A stretch of 64,000 nucleotides of DNA from Alphaproteobacteria bacterium (GCA_965279355.1 OZ257155.1:4800335-4864334), one strand, 5' to 3'. Counted from the stretch's first letter, positions 1-8,586 are shown. Numbers and translations are program-made. The notes: generated by a model not told the origin, from the sequence alone.

Positions 1-414
1 AAAAAAACCGGCCAACTGATTCCCGCCGACGAGGCTCGCGCCTGGGCGACCATCCAGTGGGTGTTCTTCCAGATGGGCGGCATCGGCCCGATCTTCGGCC
101 AGGTCGGCTTCTTCCATAAATTCGCCGGCAAGGATATCGAGGACAAGCGCCCGCTGCAGCGCTACGTGACTGAGTCCAAGCGCGTGCTCAACGTGCTGGA
201 GGCGCAGCTCACCGGCAAGACGTGGATCATGGGCGACGACTACACCATCGCCGACATCGCGATGTTCGGCTGGATCCGCACCCTGACCGGCTTCTACGGC
301 GCCGGCGACCTCGTCGAATACGGCAAGCTGAAGCATGTGCCGGCGTGGTTCGAACGCGGCATGGCGCGGCCGGCAGTGCAGCGCGGGCTGGAGATTCCCA
401 AGCGGCCCGCCTGA
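1..414 (+). CDS. Glutathione S-transferase, YfcG/YghU-like (5' partial)
   Basis: Frame is open from base 1 (KKTGQLIP...IQWVFFQMGGIGPIFGQ). GST C-terminal motifs YTIADIA and RPAVQRG are present. Confidence 0.88.
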   Translation, partial: KKTGQLIPADEARAWATIQWVFFQMGGIGPIFGQVGFFHKFAGKDIEDKRPLQRYVTESKRVLNVLEAQLTGKTWIMGDDYTIADIAMFGWIRTLTGFYGAGDLVEYGKLKHVPAWFERGMARPAVQRGLEIPKRPA

Positions 415-440
415 CGCAACCAAAGCTGCCTTCTCCCATT

Positions 441-548
441 GTCATGGCCGGGCTTGACCCGGCCATCCACGTGGTCGATTCAGGTCTACGGCCTGCCACG
501 CTCGACCAGCGGCTCGACGTGGATGGCCGCAACAAGTACGGCCATGAC
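441..548. repeat. Intergenic REP-like palindromic element (GTCATGGCCGGGCTTGACCCGGCCATCCAC...GTGGATGGCCGCAACAAGTACGGCCATGAC)
   Basis: Two inverted hairpin arms with GTCATGGCCG/CGGCCATGAC termini, a common alphaproteobacterial repeat type. Confidence 0.85.
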
Positions 549-578
549 GGAAAAAAGTGAAAGACATCGGCAAGGCCC

Positions 579-2207
579 ATGATCCGTCTCGATAACATCA
601 GCAAGCAGAACGGCCACCAGATCCTCTTCATCGATGCGTCGATGGGCATCCAGAAGGGGGAGAAGGTGGGGCTGGTCGGGCCCAACGGCGCCGGCAAGAC
701 GACGATCTTCCGCATGATGGCGGGGCAGGAGAAGCCCGACGACGGCCAGGTGTCGATCGATCCCGGCACGACCATCGGCTATTTCAGCCAGGATGTCGGC
801 GAGATGTCGGGGCAGAGCGCCGTCGCCGCGGTGATGGACGGCATCGGCCCGGTGAGCGCGCTGGCCGCCGAGATGGCGAAGCTCGAAGCGGCGATGGTCG
901 ATCCGGACCAGGCCGACGACATGGAAGCCAATATCGAGCGCTATGGCGAAGTGCAGGCGCGGTTCCAGGAACTCGACGGCTATGCGCTGGAGGCGCGGGC
1001 GCGCGAGGTGCTCGCCGGCCTGAGCTTCAGCCAGGAGCGCATGGACGGCGATGTCGGAATGCTGTCGGGCGGCTGGAAGATGCGCGTGGCGCTCGCCCGC
1101 ATCCTCCTGATGCGGCCCGCGGCCATGCTGCTGGACGAGCCCAGCAACCATCTCGACCTCGAAAGCCTGATCTGGCTGGAAGCGTTCCTCAAGGGCTATG
1201 ACGGCGCGCTCCTGATGACCTCGCACGATCGCGAGTTCATGAACCGCATCGTGAACAAGATCGTCGAGATCGACGGCGGTTCGCTCACCACCTATTCGGG
1301 CAACTACGATTTCTACGACCAGCAGCGCGCGATGAACGAGAAGCAGCGCCAGGCGCAGTTCGAGCGCCAGCAGGCGATGCTCGCCAAGGAGATCAAGTTC
1401 ATCGAGCGCTTCAAGGCGCGCGCCTCGCACGCCGCACAGGTGCAGAGCCGGGTGAAGAAGCTGGACAAGATCGAACGGGTGGAACCGCCGCGGCGGCGGC
1501 AGTCCGTGCAGTTCGAATTCCGCGCACCCCCGCGTTCCGGCGATGACGTCGCCAGCTTCAAAAACGTCCATAAAGCCTATGGCAGCCACGCGATCTACAC
1601 CGGCCTCGATTTCAATGTGCGGCGCATGGAACGCTGGTGCATCCTGGGCGCCAACGGCGCCGGCAAATCCACCTTGCTGAAGCTGGTGGCGGATGAAACC
1701 AAGCCGGATGCGGGCACGGTGACGGTCGGCAGCAGCGTGAAGATGGGCTATTTCGCCCAGCACGCGATGGACCTGCTGGACGGCGACGAGACGGTGTTCG
1801 AGACGCTGGATAACGCATTCCCGCGCGCCGGGCAGGGGCCGCTGCGCACGCTGGCGGGATGCTTCGGCTTCTCCGGCGACGATGTCGAGAAGACCTGCCG
1901 CGTTCTGTCGGGCGGCGAGAAGGCGCGGCTGGTCATGGCCATGATGCTGTTCGACCCGCCGAACTTCCTGGTCCTCGACGAGCCGACGAACCATCTGGAT
2001 ATGGCGACCAAGGAAATGCTGGTCGCGGCCCTCAAGGAATTCGAAGGCACCATGCTGTTCGTCTCGCACGACCGCCACTTCCTGGCCCAGCTCTCCAACC
2101 GCGTGCTGGAACTGACGCCGGAGGGCGTGCATCAGTTCAGCGGCGGGTACACGGAGTATGTGACGCGGACGGGGCAGGAAGCGCCGGGGCTGCATCCGGG
2201 CGGGTAG
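579..2207 (+). CDS. ABC-F family ATPase
   Basis: Two ABC domains ([22 protein letters not shown]; GANGAGKS, LSGGE, LDEPTNHLD), a linker, and no TM segments. Confidence 0.93.
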   Translation: MIRLDNISKQNGHQILFIDASMGIQKGEKVGLVGPNGAGKTTIFRMMAGQEKPDDGQVSIDPGTTIGYFSQDVGEMSGQSAVAAVMDGIGPVSALAAEMAKLEAAMVDPDQADDMEANIERYGEVQARFQELDGYALEARAREVLAGLSFSQERMDGDVGMLSGGWKMRVALARILLMRPAAMLLDEPSNHLDLESLIWLEAFLKGYDGALLMTSHDREFMNRIVNKIVEIDGGSLTTYSGNYDFYDQQRAMNEKQRQAQFERQQAMLAKEIKFIERFKARASHAAQVQSRVKKLDKIERVEPPRRRQSVQFEFRAPPRSGDDVASFKNVHKAYGSHAIYTGLDFNVRRMERWCILGANGAGKSTLLKLVADETKPDAGTVTVGSSVKMGYFAQHAMDLLDGDETVFETLDNAFPRAGQGPLRTLAGCFGFSGDDVEKTCRVLSGGEKARLVMAMMLFDPPNFLVLDEPTNHLDMATKEMLVAALKEFEGTMLFVSHDRHFLAQLSNRVLELTPEGVHQFSGGYTEYVTRTGQEAPGLHPGG

Positions 2208-2265
2208 GAGGCGCGGTCCGCGTGTGTGTGGCGGCAGCTGCAGTGATGGTTGTTTAAAAAAATGG

Positions 2266-2375
2266 TGTCATTCCAGCGAAAGCTGGGACCCAGCCGTTGG
2301 GTGGTTGCCACGAGGACGTTCCGGGTGACTGCGAGAGATCGGGTGACTTGGGACCCGGCGGTAGCCTGGGTGAAA
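2266..2375 (+). repeat. ~113-bp palindromic element, copy 1 (degenerate right arm)
   Basis: TGTCATTCCAGCGAAAGCTGGGACCCAGCCGTTGGGTGG...GAGGACGTTCC...GAGATCGGGT aligns with the copies at 6481, 8655 and 9300. Confidence 0.85.
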
Positions 2376-2457
2376 TGCTAATCCAACCCCATGCCGGCCC
2401 GCGCGAGATTAAAATTCGACTGCTGTCCAAGATGGGGAGTGAGGATCGATCGCATAC

Positions 2458-3048
2458 CTAGCGCGCGCTTCTCATATTCCAAGGCAGCGCAAATGCCTTG
2501 ATCAGACCCAGTTCGAGCCCAGCGCTGCCGTGGACCGGCAATCCATTCCAGCGATGATCTTCCGGGATGGCAGTATGAATTTCGATTTTTGAATGCAGTT
2601 CTAGTTCAGACCGCAATAACCCATTTATTCTCAAGCTGGTCCGCTGAGTGCTTCCAGGTTTTTTATAGAAATAGATACGCTTAGCTAGGCCCATGGTGGC
2701 TACGCCGACGTACATCACTCGGCCAGCTATGGAGAACGTATATACCCCCACCTCTTTAGGGAGTGGTCGATCGACACCAAGGATTCCATCAGTCAGGCCC
2801 CACGTTCCGCTATGGGCGAAGCCGGCATTTACCAGGATTTCGATGGTCAGGGGTGGCTTCTCTGGAGGGGGCAGCGTTCCTGCAACAGTGCTGGATCGCG
2901 GAAGCGCATCGGAGCGTTTGAGAACCTGATAGGCGTGCTGATAACGAATGCCCAGCTCACGAGCGATGTTTGCCGTTTCCATGCCCTTTGCGGCGAGAGC
3001 CCTTATTTGATCGGCTTTCGTCACTGCAATCTCCGTTAACGTTTGCAA
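2458..3048 (-). CDS. HTH + GIY-YIG nuclease domain protein
   Basis: N-terminal HTH (KADQIRALAAKGMETANIARELGIRYQHAYQVL). GIY-YIG-like GVY...MYVG...LAKR and a downstream Glu (GLELGLI). TTG start is uncertain. Confidence 0.72.
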   Translation of the reverse strand: MQTLTEIAVTKADQIRALAAKGMETANIARELGIRYQHAYQVLKRSDALPRSSTVAGTLPPPEKPPLTIEILVNAGFAHSGTWGLTDGILGVDRPLPKEVGVYTFSIAGRVMYVGVATMGLAKRIYFYKKPGSTQRTSLRINGLLRSELELHSKIEIHTAIPEDHRWNGLPVHGSAGLELGLIKAFALPWNMRSAR

Positions 3049-3109
3049 TCTGGACGTGCCTTAAGAGAGAAAGTTATTCTTCCATAGCAGGTATCCGTTA
3101 GGGGGTGCT

Positions 3110-3778
3110 ATGGCGGTTGAGCGGATTCATCTTCGAAAGTTGTTAAAGCTATTATTTCTAGGTCCGCGCGAACTTCAGTCGGCGCTTCGAACTGACATTC
3201 GAGAGGATATAGCAAGGGAAGCGGGGCGCGACTCCGGCGGGGGTGATTTCTACGCACCGTTTTGGGCAGACGCCAGAGAACATGTCTTTGGTCGTGGGGA
3301 TCTGCACGATCTGGTTCAGCAGCGAATAGATGCAAACCCGGAAAGCAGAACGAATTTATATCCGCTTTTACGGGATGGGTTTCTCGTGTGGTGGAATGAG
3401 CGCCGGCGTTGGACCAATCAGCCATTTCACGAAGGGCGGTGGCTGAGGGCGGATTTTGATTTTCCCGGCCTGGACGCGGTCGTAAAGGTAACGAGCATCT
3501 TATCGGTGACGGATGCTCTTGGTGCTGAGCGCCTTGTCTATCCATATTTTTCACCCGAGCCACTCCTCTCAGAGGAAGCTGCGAGATTGGGTCTTTGGTT
3601 GCTCTCAGCAGCATTGCCGGCCGTCTCTGCTAATGAGTTTAGAATCCTTGATGTGATTAGAGGGCGGACCTTTTCATTTGATCGTACGCCACTACAAGGT
3701 GACGAGGAGGAAAACCTCCGGCGCCAATACGTCGAACTAATACGGCTGCGAGATGAATTGCGGCGAGAGTACGATTAA
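3110..3778 (+). CDS. Hypothetical protein (possibly degenerate PD-(D/E)XK-like fold)
   Basis: 222-aa ORF with ATG preceded by an AGGGGG SD-like motif, inside the AT-richer island. The fold guess is pattern-based only. Confidence 0.7.
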   Translation: MAVERIHLRKLLKLLFLGPRELQSALRTDIREDIAREAGRDSGGGDFYAPFWADAREHVFGRGDLHDLVQQRIDANPESRTNLYPLLRDGFLVWWNERRRWTNQPFHEGRWLRADFDFPGLDAVVKVTSILSVTDALGAERLVYPYFSPEPLLSEEAARLGLWLLSAALPAVSANEFRILDVIRGRTFSFDRTPLQGDEEENLRRQYVELIRLRDELRREYD

Positions 3779-3816
3779 TGAGCGGCGTGTAACGGTTGTC
3801 TATTGTGGGAGGGGCA

Positions 3817-4851
3817 ATGAAGATTGTTCTTGGTGGTAAATTTGAATCCAGTTTGATCCGCAACATAGATAGCGTGATACAGCCAGATCGAAACGTATCT
3901 ACTCACAGCTATTACGTAGGTTTAAATCGTTACGTAGCTAAAAGTTATTTTGAGCGGGCCGCCACGTTTGTGGCGCTAGCCGATAGCACTTTGGTTCCGG
4001 AGGTTGATTGGAACTACCCGTATCGCCGCGACTATAGGGGCTCGTTGGCGGAACTTGATTTTGGAATCGAACGAGATAAGACCGAAATCAGAGAGTGGGA
4101 TTATGACACTCGGAAGTTTGTTGGTATTTTACTTAAGAATAGGGTTTTGTCTTCGGGGTCTTGGCTGCATGTTTCGGGCTTATCTCTGATTCATTATGAT
4201 GCTGAATCCCGTAAGCAGTTAACGCAACAATCGCCTCAGCTTCGTTCTTCTATCGCAGAGCACTATTTGTGTCGCCTGTTCTTGCAGTTGAATGTTGCGA
4301 GACATACCGGCGCGTTTGCCGTGTTAAGTGAAGAAGATTTGGCTATTCTTCAAGAGGTTGTGGATTTTGTGTCATCGCGAAAGCTGCCGACACCCTTTGA
4401 TTTGCCTGCTCTCGAAGGTAGGTTGATTGATCCTGATAAATTTGGTGATGGTATTCTTAATTTTGATCCCCCAGACATGCATGCGTTGGCTGCTGTTCGT
4501 GCAGATTCTGAAGTAATTAAATACAAGAAGAAAGTTTCTGCTCTGCTAGCTGAGGCGCCAAATCACGAGCGAGAACAAAAGCTATTGAGTGCTCTGGTGG
4601 AAGCTCATGAGCGAAGCGTTTCTGGGCGAAAGGCTGAAAAAGTTATCGAGACGGCTGGTTGGGTGCTAAGGCCGCTTCATTATATTCCCGGCGTCGATGC
4701 CATGCTTGCTGTAGCCGAAGATGCAAAGGATTTAGGGATGAAGTGGTTTAACAGAGGAGTTTCAAATTCAGAATGGCATCTCTTGGGTGTGAGAATGAAG
4801 GATGTTGCAGTGCGAGATTATTTAAGCCGAAAAGCTAACCTCATAACTTGA
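3817..4851 (+). CDS. Hypothetical protein
   Basis: 344-aa ORF in AT-richer DNA with GGGAGG SD before the ATG at 3817. Confidence 0.75.
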   Translation: MKIVLGGKFESSLIRNIDSVIQPDRNVSTHSYYVGLNRYVAKSYFERAATFVALADSTLVPEVDWNYPYRRDYRGSLAELDFGIERDKTEIREWDYDTRKFVGILLKNRVLSSGSWLHVSGLSLIHYDAESRKQLTQQSPQLRSSIAEHYLCRLFLQLNVARHTGAFAVLSEEDLAILQEVVDFVSSRKLPTPFDLPALEGRLIDPDKFGDGILNFDPPDMHALAAVRADSEVIKYKKKVSALLAEAPNHEREQKLLSALVEAHERSVSGRKAEKVIETAGWVLRPLHYIPGVDAMLAVAEDAKDLGMKWFNRGVSNSEWHLLGVRMKDVAVRDYLSRKANLIT

Positions 4852-4945
4852 TCACCGATAGTCCGTGATGTGGCATCTGAGCCACCGAGGTCGAAGGGCG
4901 GGATAGCTTGACGAATTTTCTATTTCTCAAGGGCGGCAGTCCGAA

Positions 4946-5683
4946 ATGAAGAGGCGCCGGCATTACGAATACGATCTGGTTTTGTCATTTGCTGGTGAGG
5001 ACCGGAAGGTTGTCGAGCGAATATATAAAATCCTGATGCGCGAAAAAATTCGCGTCTTCTATGACAAAGCAGAGCAGGCGTCGCTTTGGGGTAAGGACCT
5101 CTATCAGCATTTGCAGTCGGTCTACAGAGACAGAGCTCGCTTTTGCGTGGTTTTTATTTCGAAGAATTACGTCAAGAAGCGCTGGACTAAGCATGAATTA
5201 AAGCAAGCGCAAGCTCGGGCATTCAATGAAAGCATTGAATATATTTTGCCTATTCGCTTGGATAGCACCGAGGTGCCGGGCCTCAACATGACAACGGGAT
5301 ATGTTGAGCTTGGTAGAGGTGATGTGTCATCTGTGGTGGCATTGCTTCTGGACAAGTTGGGGCGGAAGAAAATGGAGGCGGATGATGTTGACCGTCTTGG
5401 CTGGAACGGGAAGTACGTGACGTTCAATGGGGCCTCTATGGTTTCATACTGGCCAAAGCAAATTCGAAAGGCACAAAAAGTTCCGTCACTGCAGATTGTT
5501 AAGACGCTTGATAGGGTCAGATATGGAGAAGAAAAACGTAGCAGGAATGCAGATGCGCACCCTTGTGGTGATTGTGGCGTGATCAAAGGGCAGTTTCACG
5601 TTTTGAGTTGTGATGTGGAGCAATGTCCGGCCTGTGGTTGGCAATTGCTTTCTTGCGGCTGCGATTTCGTTGAAAAAATTTGA
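4946..5683 (+). CDS. TIR domain protein with C-terminal Cys-rich domain
   Basis: [12 protein letters not shown]...VFYD...LWGKDL...FISKNY...WTKHE is a bacterial TIR_2 pattern. C-terminus: CGDC...H...[18 protein letters not shown]. Confidence 0.88.
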   Translation: MKRRRHYEYDLVLSFAGEDRKVVERIYKILMREKIRVFYDKAEQASLWGKDLYQHLQSVYRDRARFCVVFISKNYVKKRWTKHELKQAQARAFNESIEYILPIRLDSTEVPGLNMTTGYVELGRGDVSSVVALLLDKLGRKKMEADDVDRLGWNGKYVTFNGASMVSYWPKQIRKAQKVPSLQIVKTLDRVRYGEEKRSRNADAHPCGDCGVIKGQFHVLSCDVEQCPACGWQLLSCGCDFVEKI

Positions 5684-5752
5684 GCGCTTCGTTCGGGCGC
5701 AGCATTTTCGGAAAAAAGCGATCGACTGCGCCGACTATTCGTCCGATGAGTC

Positions 5753-5779
5753 TGGGGCGCGGCTTTCGCCGGGATGACA
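5753..5779. repeat. Isolated right arm of a related palindromic element
   Basis: TGGGGCGCGGCTTTCGCCGGGATGACA resembles the CCCAGCTTTCGCTGGGATGACA arm. Confidence 0.65.
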
Positions 5780-5831
5780 GCAGGGAGTAGGGTGGCGACA
5801 GAGACGCAAACGAACGTAGGTATACACACGG

Positions 5832-6431
5832 ATGGCGCCCGTAAAAATCGATCCCGCCAAGGTCCGCACCTTCAAGGACGCCGCGAGCTTCTACACATGG
5901 CTCGGCAAGCATCACGACAAGGCGGATGAGGTCTGGATCAAGATCCACAAGAAGGATTCCGGGCTCAAGTCGATCACGCGCAGGGAGGCGATCGATGTCG
6001 TGCTGTGCTGGGGCTGGATCGACGGCATCGGCAAGGGGCTCGATGAGCGGAGCTTCCTGCAGCGTTATTCGCCGCGCCGGAAAAAGAGCGTGTGGAGCCA
6101 GATCAATGTCGCCAACGTCGCGCGGCTGATCGCTGAAAAGCGGATGACCGCGCACGGCCTCGCGCATGTCGAGGCGGCGAAGGCCGACGGGCGCTGGGAC
6201 CGCGCCTATGGCAGCGGCAGGGACCTGAAGATCCCGGCCGATCTCCAGGCCGCCATCGACGCCGATCCCGCCGCCCGCGCCATGCTGGCGACCTTGAGCG
6301 AACAGAACCGCTTCGCCCTGGCGTTCCGCATGCACCACATCAAGACCGAAGCCGGCCGGAAGAAGCGTATTCAGGCGTTTGTGGAGATGCTCGGGCGGGG
6401 GGAGACGGTTTTTCCGCAGCGGAAGAAGTGA
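5832..6431 (+). CDS. YdeI/OmpD-associated family protein
   Basis: WLGKHH...LCWGWIDG...PRRKKSVWSQIN...GLAHVEAAKADGRWDRAY...KTEAGRKKRI. Confidence 0.88.
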   Translation: MAPVKIDPAKVRTFKDAASFYTWLGKHHDKADEVWIKIHKKDSGLKSITRREAIDVVLCWGWIDGIGKGLDERSFLQRYSPRRKKSVWSQINVANVARLIAEKRMTAHGLAHVEAAKADGRWDRAYGSGRDLKIPADLQAAIDADPAARAMLATLSEQNRFALAFRMHHIKTEAGRKKRIQAFVEMLGRGETVFPQRKK

Positions 6432-6480
6432 GCGCGCAGGTAACTGCGTTACGCCAAAACGAGTTGTCACCAAAACCAAG

Positions 6481-6594
6481 TTGTCATCCCAGCGAAAGCT
6501 GGGACCCAGCCGTTGGGTGGTCACCGGGAGGACGTTCCAGGGTGACTGTGTAGAGATCGGGTTACATGGGCCCCAGCTTTCGCTGGGGTGACAA
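6481..6594 (+). repeat. ~113-bp palindromic element, copy 2
   Basis: Complete copy: TTGTCATCCCAGCGAAAGCTGGGACCCA...TGGGCCCCAGCTTTCGCTGGGGTGACAA. Confidence 0.92.
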
Positions 6595-6699
6595 TTGAGG
6601 ATGACAACTAAGATAAGGGGGCACATTTAATGGATGGGGCGACGATAGAGAAAACCGGACGACGATTGGGGAAATCACCGCGGCGGCCACTCTCAGCCG

Positions 6700-8418
6700 C
6701 TAGCTGTCCCCACCTGCGAAACGAAGCGGACCGCCGCTCCCGCGAGCCATTCGCGCGTCCGGCGAGGGAACCGGGTTCCGAAGACCCAGGACCGCTTCTC
6801 CATCCAGCGTGGCATGGCAGGGCATGCCCGATAGCGCCATGACGGTGGGAGCGACGTCGAACGAGGAACGAAGCCCGTAATTGCCCGCCGCAATGCCCGC
6901 GCCCTTGACGTACAGGGCGCCATATCCGCCGCTATGGCCACCCATGCGGCGTAGCGGCGCGGGTCCGATATCGCCATAAACGGGATGACGAAAGCCAATC
7001 GGGCTTCCGTTCCAGAGAACCGAGATATCGGCGCGACTGTTCGGCATCTGCGTCGGATCGTCGCCCGTTGCCCGGGCGATTTCCCGCACGACCGGCTGGC
7101 CGGTCTTCAGGTCCACGCAATTGCGCAACGCTTCATCGATCCGATCGAGCGTGGCGCGATATCGGCTCAAAGGGACCCGGCCATTCTTCTCACGACCCTG
7201 GAGGTTGACGCGAACGCGCCCGTCGAAGTAGGCGGGTAAGGCAAAGGCGTCCATCTCGGCCCAATAGCGCGCATATTGCGAAGCGGGCATCCATTCCACG
7301 TCAAGGAAACTGTCCCGACCAGACGAAAGTCCGTTGGCCAGCGTCTGCGCCAGTTTTCGACCCAGAAGACCGCGCGCTGCCGTCCCGGCGGTCTGGCGCG
7401 CCCAGCGCAGCATTTGCGCTGAATCGATCCGCTGTTGCTCAGTGTGGTTCATTGCCTCACGGAGCACGTCGTTCCAGTTTTCGCCCGGCGCCAACATTGG
7501 AACGGGGCCTGCGCGCCAATCGGACCGCGGCTCGAAAAGCGGTCGGTCGAACTGCATCCGGTAAAGCAACTCCGGAAGCAGGAGCATGGTCGGCAAGTCG
7601 GTATCGTTGTCGCCCATACCGTGCATGGTGAACGCGACCAGCGTGACGTCCGGAAAACGCTTCGACAGGCGTTCAAGCTGATCGCTTATTGCCTCGTAGA
7701 CGCTGATGAACGCCGCACGTGCCGGTGCAGCGCTGGGGATCTGCGCCAGATGATGGTTGGGGTCGAGCCCGTGATACAGCAACTCGACCGCATCGTGCGA
7801 TTCCCCCATCCCGAGGACCGCGACGTCCCAATCGGGCGAATATTCGGTCAGCAGCCACTCGGCAATATCAGTGCGGCGTTTAACCGAAGCACAGAGCATG
7901 GCGCCCAGTTGCTCGGTCCGCTCGACACTGGGATAGACCATCGTGTTCAGAAGCAACGGATCCGGCGCAGGACCGAAGCGACGCTCGATGTCAGCGAACA
8001 GGTTCGCAGGTCTGGAGAAGCGCCGTACGCCGGGGTCATGGCCACCCCACCCAACCGCGCCGAGCCCATTGGGCAGCGTCTTGAGGTCGAAGTAAGGGGC
8101 GTCGAAAACGACGCAACGGGCATCGGTGCCCGCCAGGAACGGCCGTTCGGTCGCAAAGGATTGCGTTACGCGGAAGGATCGGGGGTCGAATGAGATGACC
8201 GACCATTTGTCGGACGAGGCCGGCGTGCGGCCGGATGAAAAATGCTCCCACGTCAGCCCGGTGTAGCGGGCGCGGCCATCGCGGCCGTGCTCCAGTTTGA
8301 AGCGGGCACTGTCCGCCTTGATGCGGGCCAGCCCCGGCAATCGTCCACTGGAGATCAGGCTTTCGCTCAACGCATCGTCGAAGGCGTCGAGACAAATGCA
8401 CAGCACGCGCCGGTTCAT
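6700..8418 (-). CDS. Alkaline phosphatase superfamily (type I phosphodiesterase/nucleotide pyrophosphatase-like) protein
   Basis: N-terminal VLCICLDA...LPGL...W..F.SG.TP, a DWD motif, MHGMG, RVNLQGREKNG, and C-terminal GGH...DVAPTV. Confidence 0.78.
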   Translation of the reverse strand: MNRRVLCICLDAFDDALSESLISSGRLPGLARIKADSARFKLEHGRDGRARYTGLTWEHFSSGRTPASSDKWSVISFDPRSFRVTQSFATERPFLAGTDARCVVFDAPYFDLKTLPNGLGAVGWGGHDPGVRRFSRPANLFADIERRFGPAPDPLLLNTMVYPSVERTEQLGAMLCASVKRRTDIAEWLLTEYSPDWDVAVLGMGESHDAVELLYHGLDPNHHLAQIPSAAPARAAFISVYEAISDQLERLSKRFPDVTLVAFTMHGMGDNDTDLPTMLLLPELLYRMQFDRPLFEPRSDWRAGPVPMLAPGENWNDVLREAMNHTEQQRIDSAQMLRWARQTAGTAARGLLGRKLAQTLANGLSSGRDSFLDVEWMPASQYARYWAEMDAFALPAYFDGRVRVNLQGREKNGRVPLSRYRATLDRIDEALRNCVDLKTGQPVVREIARATGDDPTQMPNSRADISVLWNGSPIGFRHPVYGDIGPAPLRRMGGHSGGYGALYVKGAGIAAGNYGLRSSFDVAPTVMALSGMPCHATLDGEAVLGLRNPVPSPDARMARGSGGPLRFAGGDS

Positions 8419-8586
8419 TCGTTTCCTGTTTCGGCCCGCGCAAAAAAGCGAGCCCGCTTACCAACTATACGAGGCACGGGGCAGGTATTCCCGTGCGTTA
8501 TGTATGGGTTGCGGCGCTTATCATTGTCACAGCCGTGCGCATCGTCGCGTGGCATGCCTGAACAGTGCAGGGGGGGAGACGATCTA

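Noticed and set aside
222-560. ORFs reading through palindromic repeats (also 5583-6626, 8657-9277, 9290-10018 and the 5' extension 8724-8870)
   Set aside because: Peptides such as VMAGLDPAIH and LGPSFRWDD are translations of the repeats and overlap better-supported genes.
486-2195. Long antisense or alternate-frame ORFs (e.g. 486-2195, 10151-11551, 14352-16127, 45858-47180, 56963-58198)
   Set aside because: Shadow ORFs expected in high-GC DNA opposite well-supported genes; no recognisable motifs.
4946-5683. Calling the TIR locus Thoeris, CBASS or Argonaute-TIR
   Set aside because: No SIR2/Macro/SLOG, CD-NTase, STING/SAVED or PIWI/APAZ partner is recognisable in the adjacent ORFs.
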